A stretch of DNA of 64,000 nt from an uncultured Gammaproteobacteria bacterium. GTDB lineage: Bacteria > Patescibacteriota > Microgenomatia > CAZETR01 > Amesbacteraceae. The notes beneath the pieces were generated by a model. It was not told where the DNA came from, ran no database searches, and worked only from the letters and a program-made list of their open reading frames with translations. Made by a program: the position numbers and the translations under genes. The stretch lies in contig CAZIVL010000002.1 of assembly GCA_964543035.1 (NCBI GenBank), forward strand, positions 150,948-214,947. Direction: 5' to 3'. Position 1 is the stretch's first letter; the number at the start of each line of letters is the position of its first letter. This document shows, piece by piece, positions 28,975 to 37,546 of this stretch.

Positions 28975-30470
28975 AGAAGTGGATATCTGTATCTATAATT
29001 TTGGCGGTTGTGGGACTGGCTGATTCTGCTTATCTAACTTGGGAACACTATCAGGAAGTAACTCCACCTTGTACAACAGGATTTTCATTTGTGGACTGTG
29101 GTGTGGTACTTCGAAGTAAATACGCTGAAATTGGGGGAGTGCCACTGGCTGGACTGGGAATGCTGCATTACGGAATGTTGGTCCTGGTACTTTTGACTTC
29201 TATCAAATATAGACAGGCCAGGTATCTGGCAGTATTGATGAGCGTGTCGGGACTTTTTGCCTCGGCATATTTTGTGTATTTGCAGTTATTTGTGATTCGG
29301 GCGATCTGTCTGTACTGCATGGTGTCTGCAATAGACAGTCTAATCCTGTTTGGAATTATATGGAGGTATTTTTCATATGAGAGGAAAGAGATGTTTGTAT
29401 CGGTGAGCGGGTGGGTATATAGAAATGTATTGAAACCATTTTTTTTTGCAATAGATCCTGAAGTAGTACATGTGAACATGGTGGGAGCAGGGGAGATGAT
29501 GAGCAAACTGCCAGGATATAAAACAACCGTCAATTATTTTTTGGGAGGTAAAAGCGATATGTTGAATCAGAAATTGATGGGGATAGATTTCGGATTGCCA
29601 GTAGGACTCGCGGCAGGATTTGACTATGAAGCTAGGCTTACGAAAGCTTTGTCTCCATTGGGTTTTGGATTTCAGAGTGTGGGGACGATTACACTAGAGC
29701 CCTGGGCAGGCAACGACAGGCCGAGACTCGGAAGACTACCTAAATCAAAGTCACTTATGGTGAACAAAGGATTTAAGAATCCGGGAAGTGATGTGGTGAT
29801 CTCTCGGATTGGAGGAAAAAATTTTGATGTTCCGGTGGGGATATCGATAGGAGACGCGCTGGGGAGTGTGGAAAATATCTTATCAACATTTAAAAGATTT
29901 GAAAAAACTGATGTAAAGAACTCATATTACGAACTAAATATTAGTTGTCCGAATCTCCTTAAAGCTCGTGAGCTGGATCTGAAAAAGCTGTTTGCTGCGG
30001 TAGATAAGATCGGGGTCAAAAAACCTATCTGGGTCAAGATGCCTATTAATAAAACTGATAAAGAAATTTTGGCACTGCTATCCATGATTGCAAAATACAA
30101 AAGCTACAAAGCGGTCATATTTGGGAACTTACAAAAAGACAGAACTGACGTGAGTCTGAGTAAAGAAGAGGTGGCCAAGTTTTCTGTAGGAAACTTTTCT
30201 GGCAAACCGACCTATGAAAGGTCTAATCAATTAATTGAACTGGCTTATAAAAAATACGGTAAGAGGTTTGTGATTGTGGGGTGTGGGGGAATATTTAATG
30301 CAGCAGACGCTTATGAAAAAATAAAAAGAGGAGCGAGCATCGTACAAATGATTACTGGCATGATATTTGAAGGACCACAAGTGATAACCGAAATAAATTT
30401 TGGACTAGAAAAGTTACTTAAAAAAGATGGGTATACTCATGTCTCACAAGCAGTGGGGAGAAATAAATGA
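28971..30470 (+). CDS. pyrD: fusion protein: N-terminal VKOR-like (vitamin K epoxide reductase family) membrane domain + complete class-2-type dihydroorotate dehydrogenase
   Basis: VKOR features: loop Cys pair PPCTTGFSFVDC, SKYAEIGGVPLAGLG, TM CxxC (CLYC). DHODH: GLPVGLAAGFD, GFGFQSVGTITLEPWAGNDRPRL, NISCPN, VIVGCGGIFNAADAYEKIKRGASIVQMITGMIFEGP; single continuous 499-aa ORF. Confidence 0.8.
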   Translation: MKKWISVSIILAVVGLADSAYLTWEHYQEVTPPCTTGFSFVDCGVVLRSKYAEIGGVPLAGLGMLHYGMLVLVLLTSIKYRQARYLAVLMSVSGLFASAYFVYLQLFVIRAICLYCMVSAIDSLILFGIIWRYFSYERKEMFVSVSGWVYRNVLKPFFFAIDPEVVHVNMVGAGEMMSKLPGYKTTVNYFLGGKSDMLNQKLMGIDFGLPVGLAAGFDYEARLTKALSPLGFGFQSVGTITLEPWAGNDRPRLGRLPKSKSLMVNKGFKNPGSDVVISRIGGKNFDVPVGISIGDALGSVENILSTFKRFEKTDVKNSYYELNISCPNLLKARELDLKKLFAAVDKIGVKKPIWVKMPINKTDKEILALLSMIAKYKSYKAVIFGNLQKDRTDVSLSKEEVAKFSVGNFSGKPTYERSNQLIELAYKKYGKRFVIVGCGGIFNAADAYEKIKRGASIVQMITGMIFEGPQVITEINFGLEKLLKKDGYTHVSQAVGRNK

Positions 30471-30760
30471 ATATATTTGAGCAAATATATGAGGTGGTGA
30501 AAAAAATACCCACGGGGAAGGTGATGACGTATGGACAGGTGGCAAAAGAAGTCGGGATGAAAGATGTGCGCAAAGTGGGCTGGGCCCTGCACTCAAATAA
30601 AACTCCCGAGACGATACCCTGTCACAGGGTGGTTTTTAAAGACGGATCGATGGCCCCTGGATATGCCTTCGGTGGTCCGGAAGTCCAAAAGAAAAAATTG
30701 GTGGAAGAGGATGTAATTTTTGTGGGAGATAAAGTGGATTTGGATAGGTGTGGAATTTAG
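30467..30760 (+). CDS. stand-alone MGMT/Ogt-type DNA-binding alkyltransferase domain protein
   Basis: 97 aa with active-site PCHRV and helix-turn-helix YGQVAKEVG; ATGA overlap with the pyrD fusion. Confidence 0.65.
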   Translation: MNIFEQIYEVVKKIPTGKVMTYGQVAKEVGMKDVRKVGWALHSNKTPETIPCHRVVFKDGSMAPGYAFGGPEVQKKKLVEEDVIFVGDKVDLDRCGI

Positions 30761-30786
30761 CGTCAGATTGAGGTCAAGATAGCAGA

Positions 30787-31074
30787 TTGCCAATATTGTT
30801 TAATATGCGAATGGAAGTAAGATGCAGAGCCGAGAGATCGATTCATATCCAGCCGATTGATTCGGTAGATGGACCGCCTGATTTTTATAGGGTGAAACCA
30901 GGAGTAATGGTTCCTATCTTTCGTCCATTTAACGAGTATTTAGGATGTGGATACCCTGGTGACATCGAGAGTTTGGTGGCGCAGTGTGGCAGGTGTGTTG
31001 GTTTTCCTGACAGGGAATGTGATCTCAACACTCGTAATTGGGATAATCTAGAGCCTCAATCAGCTAATCAATAG
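30787..31074 (+). CDS. questionable small Cys-containing ORF
   Basis: 95 aa, overlaps 3' end of convergent regulator gene; no motif. Confidence 0.2.
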   Translation: MPILFNMRMEVRCRAERSIHIQPIDSVDGPPDFYRVKPGVMVPIFRPFNEYLGCGYPGDIESLVAQCGRCVGFPDRECDLNTRNWDNLEPQSANQ

Positions 31075-32064
31075 ATAGCCTTCGCCGCGTTTGGTCTGGA
31101 TGTACGAACCTGAGATGCCGGTTTGCTCCAGGTGATCCCTGAGTCTTTGCATGGCCTTTGCGATGGCCGCTAGTGAGTAAGCTTCTTCGTTGTTTCTGAA
31201 TAAGATATCACCGATCTCGTCCATGGTGGCAAAATTGGGGGATTTGGCAATCAGAAGATCTAGAAGTTCGCGCTCGCGAGAGGAGAACGTAGAGCTTGGG
31301 ATCTGGCGGATGGCGTCGATGCCAACTGCGGGCGCACCAACACTGTGAAGAAACTTGTCTGATTTTTGCATGAGAGTCGCTGACTGCTTGGTGCGAGTGG
31401 ATTTGATGGTCAATGTCTTTTTCCAGTCAGGATCGATCTTTTTTATGACATCAGCAAGCGGCGAGAAAGCAAGTAACCAGTCTACAATAATTTCTGACTC
31501 TTGCCACAAGCCGCCGAGCTGATCATAGACATCCTGGCGGGTGAGTGAGGTGAGAACGGCCTCTACAACAGAACCAATATTTTGATCTTCGCGCAGCCAC
31601 ATGATGACTGGGTCACCTGGCTGTTTGTGACGATTGAATGAGCAACCGGTACCAAAAGCCGTGGGCCAGATCTCAATCCTGGAAACTGAATCCTTTTTGT
31701 GAGGAATGAGATTATAGATTGTGTCCATAATCTCGTCTTGGTTTTTGTCCCAGACCTTTTGTAATTTGGAGAAGTCTGGCTTAGGCAGATTAGCTCTTTT
31801 GATCAATTCTTCGGTTTCGTCAACTAAGTCCTTAGGAGCAATAATAGGGAGTGTTGATAGATCAATTCGGGATGACCTTTGCCAAAATCTGGGAACTGAG
31901 AGGTATGGAAGATTTGGGATAGAAACGATGTGATCACCTAGGATCGCTGGGTAGGGTAGGGTAATAAAACCATTGACCCTAAAAAATCCAGTGGCTATCT
32001 GATGAGCGCAGTGGATCAGGCGCTCGGCCTCATGACGGGGGGAGTAGTCCCAAACAGTTTGCAT
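31060..32064 (-). CDS. transcriptional regulator with C-terminal OmpR/PhoB-type winged-helix DNA-binding domain and unknown N-terminal domain (no receiver domain)
   Basis: C-terminal RERELLDLLIAKSPNFATMDEIGDILF...QTKRGEGYLL matches trans_reg_C. Confidence 0.6.
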   Translation of the reverse strand: MQTVWDYSPRHEAERLIHCAHQIATGFFRVNGFITLPYPAILGDHIVSIPNLPYLSVPRFWQRSSRIDLSTLPIIAPKDLVDETEELIKRANLPKPDFSKLQKVWDKNQDEIMDTIYNLIPHKKDSVSRIEIWPTAFGTGCSFNRHKQPGDPVIMWLREDQNIGSVVEAVLTSLTRQDVYDQLGGLWQESEIIVDWLLAFSPLADVIKKIDPDWKKTLTIKSTRTKQSATLMQKSDKFLHSVGAPAVGIDAIRQIPSSTFSSRERELLDLLIAKSPNFATMDEIGDILFRNNEEAYSLAAIAKAMQRLRDHLEQTGISGSYIQTKRGEGYLLIS

Positions 32065-32148
32065 ATCTGATTATATCCCATAGTAAGTTGATAGGCAAAT
32101 GGTCATGTGAGGTCAAGATGTGGGAAAGAATGATGGGAAAATCGTGAT

Positions 32149-32451
32149 ATGTCTAATGAAACAAAAAAAGGGAGGCCTGGTTTTGATTACTCAGTTGGTG
32201 TCGATAATCACAATTTATTGCCTGGGGAAGTGCAGCTTGCAATTGTTGGTAAAAATAGTTATTGGGCAAGGTACGGTCAAAGAGTAGGACCAGTTTTGCA
32301 TGAAAGTGGATTTGACCCCTCGCAGGATATGATTCCCAGTGGGTATGGATGGAAGTCACTTGTAGACGAACTCAGAGCGTCTGACCTTACAAAGCCCGAT
32401 CAAAAGTATTGGATGCCTGTGTGGTACTACTTGCTTGAGGAGTGTAAATAA
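32149..32451 (+). CDS. hypothetical protein
   Basis: 100 aa ORF. Confidence 0.35.
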   Translation: MSNETKKGRPGFDYSVGVDNHNLLPGEVQLAIVGKNSYWARYGQRVGPVLHESGFDPSQDMIPSGYGWKSLVDELRASDLTKPDQKYWMPVWYYLLEECK

Positions 32452-32496
32452 ACTGGTATAATAGGGATATTCTAATAAGAAAGGCGGAAATGACAA

Positions 32497-33642
32497 TTGG
32501 CAACAACAAAGAAGGTTCAAAGTAACAAAGGGACAAAGGTGCAGAGTAAAAGCGCCGGGGTGGTGGGTCCAACAACAATGGACGAGCTCCTGGCTGCTAA
32601 TGGCACGAAACTACATGGTTTTAAGCGCGGAGAGACAGTCACTGGAAAAGTAAAAGAAGTAACGGGTAGAACCGTATATATAGACCTGGGAGCAAAAACT
32701 GACGCTATAGTCTCACAGAAAGAATATGACCTGGCCCGGGACTATTTTCGAGCCCTCAAGGTCGGAGACGAGGTAACAGGACTGGTCCTCATGTCCGAAA
32801 ACGAATCTGGACAAGTGATCCTGTCACTACGAAGAGCTGCAACTGACAGTAAATGGAAAGCATTTGAACAAGCCATGAATGATGACACTGAGATGGTAGC
32901 TCGGGTAAAAGAAGCAACTCGGGGAGGACTATTGGTAGAAGTAGACGGGGTATTTGGATTTGTGCCATCCAGCCAGTTTGGGTCTGATCTAGATACCAAG
33001 TCGGCCACAATCGTGGGAAAAATACTGAAGGTCAAAGTCATTGAAGTGGATCGAAATCAAAACAAACTAGTGCTATCTGAAAAGGCCGTGTCTGACGCCG
33101 AAGAGATCTCCAAGAGAAAAGCAGCTTTGGGATCAGTCAAAATCGGGACTGAATACGCGGGAGTGGTCGTGGGTATGGTGCCGTTTGGGGCGTTTGTCGA
33201 GATCGAAGCAAAAGGAGTAGAAGGAAAGCTTGAGGGACTGGTGCATATCTCGGAAATCTCATGGGAGAAGATCGAGGATGTATCTAAGATCCTGAAAGAA
33301 GGCAGTAAAGTAAAAGTGCAGGTAATAGGAATCGATGAAGAAAATGGCAAGCTGGCCCTGTCTATGAAGAGACTGTCGTCTGACCCATGGTCGGTCGTGG
33401 CTGCTAAATATACTGTAGACAGTAAACATAAGGGTGTGGTGGCCAAGATCGTGCCTTATGGAGTTCTCGTCAAAATGGAAAAAGGAATCGAAGGACTAAT
33501 CCACGCCTCCAAGATGCCAGCCAATATGCCGTTTAAAGATGGAGATGAAGTAGATGTGTTTGTGGAATCTGTGGATCTGGATAAGAGACGCTTGTCTCTG
33601 GGAGTCGTGGAGACTTCTACCAAGGAAATGATATATAAGTAA
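32497..33642 (+). CDS. rpsA: 30S ribosomal protein S1 (four S1 domains)
   Basis: Repeated GxxVxGxVxxVxxxGxFVxLG S1-domain pattern. Confidence 0.85.
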   Translation: MATTKKVQSNKGTKVQSKSAGVVGPTTMDELLAANGTKLHGFKRGETVTGKVKEVTGRTVYIDLGAKTDAIVSQKEYDLARDYFRALKVGDEVTGLVLMSENESGQVILSLRRAATDSKWKAFEQAMNDDTEMVARVKEATRGGLLVEVDGVFGFVPSSQFGSDLDTKSATIVGKILKVKVIEVDRNQNKLVLSEKAVSDAEEISKRKAALGSVKIGTEYAGVVVGMVPFGAFVEIEAKGVEGKLEGLVHISEISWEKIEDVSKILKEGSKVKVQVIGIDEENGKLALSMKRLSSDPWSVVAAKYTVDSKHKGVVAKIVPYGVLVKMEKGIEGLIHASKMPANMPFKDGDEVDVFVESVDLDKRRLSLGVVETSTKEMIYK

Positions 33643-33661
33643 GGTGTGGTAAAGTTTGTTC

Positions 33662-34963
33662 GTGGCGAAGAGTAGATCTCAATATGTGTGTCAGCAGTGT
33701 GGATATACCCAGAGTCAGTGGGCGGGAAAGTGTCCATCGTGTGACAACTGGAATACATTAGTAGAAACTACAACAGAGGTGCAGAGTAGCAAAGGTACAA
33801 AGATACAAAGTGGAAAAATATATAAACTCTCTGAGATCAAGACAACTGATAATAGTAGACTGAAAACTGGGGAGGGTGAACTGGATAGTGTACTGGGGGG
33901 AGGACTCGTGCCTGGAATGATAGTTTTGGTTGCGGGAGAACCGGGGATTGGGAAATCGACACTACTGACCCAGGTGGTAATGAATGTAAAGAATAGTTTG
34001 TATGTATGTGGAGAAGAGTCGGCTAGCCAAGTGGCCTTGCGGGTGCAAAGGCTCAAAGGTCCAAAGGGACAAAGTGATCTAAGACTATTTGAGAGTACGG
34101 ATGCGGATGAGATAGTAGGAAAGATTCGGGGTGAGAAGCCGGGATTGGTCGTGGTGGACTCTATCCAGACTCTGACTACCTCGGATCTGACCGGTGTTGC
34201 CGGAAGTGTGGGACAAGTGAGAGAGTCCGCTGATAGGCTCGCTGATGTAGGAAAAGAACTGGGGATACCGATTTTTTTGGTGGGTCATGTGACCAAAGAA
34301 GGGACTATCGCCGGGCCTCGGGTACTGGAGCACTTGGTGGATACAGTCATCACATTTGAGGGCGAGCGAGGGCAACCACTACGACTAATTCGGGCGGTCA
34401 AAAACAGATTTGGACCCACTGACGAAGTGGGAGTATTTGGGATGGTGGAAAGGGGACTCATTGGAATAACTGATCCATCATCCAAGCTGCTGGCTGAAAG
34501 GGTAAAAGATGTACCGGGGAGTGTAGTCTCGGTCGTTCTTGAGGGCACGCGGCCACTGGTGATCGAGATCCAGGCTCTAGTCGTGAGCTCGAATTCGCCG
34601 GTACCCAGAAGGGTGGCGACGGGGATAGACTTTGCCCGGATGCAAATGCTGGTGGCAGTCCTTATGAAACGAGCTGAGCTGCACCTCGGGGATATGGACA
34701 TCTTTGTAAACGTAACCGGGGGGATAAAACTGGCTGACCGGGGAGTGGATTTGGCGATATGCCTGGCTATTGCATCTTCATTTTTAAACCGGGCATGCCC
34801 TGCGGATATTGCGGCTGTGGGGGAAGTGGGGCTACTGGGAGAAGTACGAAAGATTGGGAGCTTGGAGAGGCGAGTCAAAGAAGCCAAAAAACTGGGATAT
34901 AGAGTGGCGTCGGCTGAGTCGGGGAAGAGTGTGTCTGCTGCGATCCAGAAGCTTCTGAAGTAG
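33662..34963 (+). CDS. radA: DNA repair protein RadA/Sms
   Basis: Zn finger CQQCGYTQSQWAGKCPSCDNW, Walker A GEPGIGKSTLL, KNRFG motif, Lon-like C-terminus. Confidence 0.9.
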   Translation: MAKSRSQYVCQQCGYTQSQWAGKCPSCDNWNTLVETTTEVQSSKGTKIQSGKIYKLSEIKTTDNSRLKTGEGELDSVLGGGLVPGMIVLVAGEPGIGKSTLLTQVVMNVKNSLYVCGEESASQVALRVQRLKGPKGQSDLRLFESTDADEIVGKIRGEKPGLVVVDSIQTLTTSDLTGVAGSVGQVRESADRLADVGKELGIPIFLVGHVTKEGTIAGPRVLEHLVDTVITFEGERGQPLRLIRAVKNRFGPTDEVGVFGMVERGLIGITDPSSKLLAERVKDVPGSVVSVVLEGTRPLVIEIQALVVSSNSPVPRRVATGIDFARMQMLVAVLMKRAELHLGDMDIFVNVTGGIKLADRGVDLAICLAIASSFLNRACPADIAAVGEVGLLGEVRKIGSLERRVKEAKKLGYRVASAESGKSVSAAIQKLLK

Positions 34964-34989
34964 TTGTGAACGGGTTATCCACCTCTTTT

Positions 34990-35024
34990 GTATGATGTAT
35001 AAAGTATTTAGTATCAAGTATTTT
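34990..35024 (+). repeat. phased heptanucleotide repeat (GTATNNN)x5, intergenic
   Basis: GTATgatGTATaaaGTATttaGTATcaaGTATttt read directly; shares a 17-mer TTAGTATCAAGTATTTT with 40221. Confidence 0.7.
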
Positions 35025-35265
35025 TGTTGTCAACAATTGGCTTTATATAGGATATATTATATGTATTTATTCGACTATGGGATGTGGATAAGTTGAGTAT
35101 TGACTTAACTATGGGACTAGAATATATTTAGGGTAATGTTTGGAAAACTGCTCAACATGTTTGGAACGAAGAAGACACTGAGAAGAAGAGTGGGAGTAAA
35201 GCCGATGTGGGTACGGGATCAACTTGTGCAAATGAGTAAAATGAATCAAGGAGTTATTTTGATGA

Positions 35266-35490
35266 ATGCAGGAAGATAGTATGTTCAATCAAAATTCCGG
35301 ATCGGCTTCCCGTGAGCGACAAACTTCATCAGATAGTTCTGCTCCGAAGACGGATCAATTGCCTGTTTTGAATCCTTTGTTTGAGGCTGTCAAATCTGTA
35401 GGAATTCTAGGCTTAGTATTTGGAGACATAGTTTTTAATGGTGGCAAACACCTCCAAGACTATGTTAATGGAAGTCATTTAGACAACTAA
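35266..35490 (+). CDS. small hypothetical protein
   Basis: 74 aa ORF. Confidence 0.25.
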   Translation: MQEDSMFNQNSGSASRERQTSSDSSAPKTDQLPVLNPLFEAVKSVGILGLVFGDIVFNGGKHLQDYVNGSHLDN

Positions 35491-35748
35491 AAAAGAGCAT
35501 CGCCATCGCTGGATATTGAGGACCACGAGTAGCAATGCCCTTTTTGTTGAAAAACCATCTGGACAGATTAGATGATTTTCACTTGATTAAGAGTGATATC
35601 ATTTGTGAAGAACGTCTGTCAAGGAAAGATCGGGGCGCTAAAATCCATAAAATTTTAAAATTTGGCCACACTATCCACAACAAATATTTTGTGCTTAGTA
35701 TGGAGGGTGGCAGGATCGGGCAGGCCGGCCACTTTCCATAGTAAGCAT

Positions 35749-36543
35749 ATGAAAAAGTATATCGTATTTAGTATTTTGTATCTGGTGTCTTTTGGGATTT
35801 TTGCGAGGCCTGTAAATGCGGCGGTGAATTTTGGAAGTGGGACCTATACAAACTTGTGTGGAACCGGAACGGCTGCTACTGCTTACCGTTGTGAAGCTAG
35901 GTGTAACACCACGACCGGAATCTGTGAGAGTGAAAACAATGGAGTAGTGAGATGGCTGTGTCCGGGTAGGTGGGAGCAGTGTCTGGAACAAGAAAGTAAT
36001 TTTTCGAATAGGGCATCTTTGGACAATGTGGCTTGTGGTAAGACGGTGCAAATTTCGGTGTTTGATAAAAAATGCCGATTGGAAGATGGAGCTTGGGATA
36101 CGAGCTGTGAACTAAAGGGATATATGGTGTGGTACTCGGGAGACTGTAGAGTGGGATCTACTACACCGACTGTAATGCCAACACCAACTCCTCGAGGATT
36201 TCCATTTAATCTGTTGCCATCGGCTACACCTAGGCCTACGACGCCAGTAACTCCAACAGTGACGCCTAAAGCTGGGTCTGTCAGTGGAAACATATGTGGA
36301 AGTACGTGTGGTCCGAGCAAGCTGTGTAGTGTAGGGTTTGTGTGCGATGCAGGAGTGTGTCGCAATCCATCTTGTATGGATGACACGACCTGTTTTTGTG
36401 CTGGGGGATCATCCTCGACTGGTTCGGGAAATGTAAATACAACGCCTGAGACTGGGGCTGATAAATGGGTCTATCTGTTGGGCTTTTCTGGTCTTATGAT
36501 ACTAGGGTGGAGGATGATTGTTCGTGCAAGGCATATTGTATAA
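35749..36543 (+). CDS. Cys-rich cell-surface protein with C-terminal sortase sorting signal (TPETG + TM + RARH)
   Basis: Signal peptide MKKYIVFSILYLVSFGIFARPVNA; many Cys; PT-rich linker; C-terminal NTTPETGADKWVYLLGFSGLMILGW-RMIVRARHIV. Confidence 0.6.
   Translation: MKKYIVFSILYLVSFGIFARPVNAAVNFGSGTYTNLCGTGTAATAYRCEARCNTTTGICESENNGVVRWLCPGRWEQCLEQESNFSNRASLDNVACGKTVQISVFDKKCRLEDGAWDTSCELKGYMVWYSGDCRVGSTTPTVMPTPTPRGFPFNLLPSATPRPTTPVTPTVTPKAGSVSGNICGSTCGPSKLCSVGFVCDAGVCRNPSCMDDTTCFCAGGSSSTGSGNVNTTPETGADKWVYLLGFSGLMILGWRMIVRARHIV
35757..35788 (+). repeat. phased heptanucleotide repeat (GTATNNN)x4-5 inside the signal-peptide coding region
   Basis: GTATatcGTATttaGTATtttGTATctgGTGT encodes YIVFSILYLV. 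Confidence 0.6.
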
Positions 36544-36613
36544 AACAGGAGATTCGGCAGGAGAGCTGGATTTTTCTAAGCTTTTGAAATATTTACGGAT
36601 TTTGGCGCGCGGA

Positions 36614-37201
36614 ATGAAAATTGTGGGCAAGGTATTTGTTTTGGTTGGCGTAGTGGGAATCGTATATGTGTATGGACCACTGGCTCGAGAGGAAGTGAAG
36701 TATGTAGCCAAGCCTAAAGTGCAATCTGAATTGAAGACCGCAGTATCGCCGAGGGAAGAGAAAAAAAATACTGCTGAATACGTGATAAAAATCCCTAAGA
36801 TTGGGGCAGAGTCGGTCGTAATTCCTGATGTGGATGCTTTTGACAAAAAGGCGTATTCAACGGCTCTTAAATTGGGTGTAGCAGAAGCAAAAGGTCTCTC
36901 CCATCCAGGAGAACTGGGGACGACGTTTCTCTTTGCCCATTCGGTGGGGTCGAGAGTGGATTTTGCCAGGTATAACGCGGTTTTTTACTTGTTAGATAAA
37001 CTGGAATCAGGGGATAGGATAGAAGTGATGTACAAAAATAATCTGTTGACTTATGAAGTGGTGGGGAGGGAGATACTTTTCGCCTCGGACTTGCAATACC
37101 TGGTACCACAACAACTGGTCGAGAGGTTGGTGCTGCAAACCTGCTATCCCCCTGGGACGACTTGGAAAAGACTTGTAGTAATTGCAAAGAGAAGGATGTG
37201 A
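36614..37201 (+). CDS. sortase (transpeptidase)
   Basis: N-terminal TM, catalytic His (LFAHS), TLxTC-type motif VLQTC, conserved Arg; immediately downstream of a PETG substrate. Confidence 0.75.
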   Translation: MKIVGKVFVLVGVVGIVYVYGPLAREEVKYVAKPKVQSELKTAVSPREEKKNTAEYVIKIPKIGAESVVIPDVDAFDKKAYSTALKLGVAEAKGLSHPGELGTTFLFAHSVGSRVDFARYNAVFYLLDKLESGDRIEVMYKNNLLTYEVVGREILFASDLQYLVPQQLVERLVLQTCYPPGTTWKRLVVIAKRRM

Positions 37202-37213
37202 TAACCTTTAAAA

Positions 37214-37453
37214 GTGAGTGTAAAGAAACAAAATTTTTTACCTAAATCTGGTTTGTCAGATCGGGAGCTGCATGTTTTTCTTTCGACGTTGTTTTTTCGG
37301 GATGCAAATGAACTGTTGGCGACTAGGGTGGTGGAAAGGGCAATGGGGGGCAAAGAGAAGGATGGGAGAATTCTGGTGGAACGAGCGAGAAGAAAGAATC
37401 TGGTGGCTACGACGTTGTTAAATTTGGCTGTAGAAGGGGTAACCTTTGAATAG
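37214..37453 (+). CDS. small hypothetical protein
   Basis: 79 aa ORF. Confidence 0.3.
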   Translation: MSVKKQNFLPKSGLSDRELHVFLSTLFFRDANELLATRVVERAMGGKEKDGRILVERARRKNLVATTLLNLAVEGVTFE

Positions 37454-37481
37454 TTGACAGGGGATTTCGGGGTGATATACT
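37454..37481 (+). promoter_or_regulatory. sigma70-like promoter TTGACA-16-TATACT upstream of rho (long leader)
   Basis: -35 at 37454-37459, -10 at 37476-37481; about 65 nt 5' UTR. Confidence 0.4.
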
Positions 37482-37546
37482 TGCCAACAGTTCGATCTTC
37501 CCCCTGGAGTTACGAAAGCATGACCTCGAAACAAATTTCTTGATAT

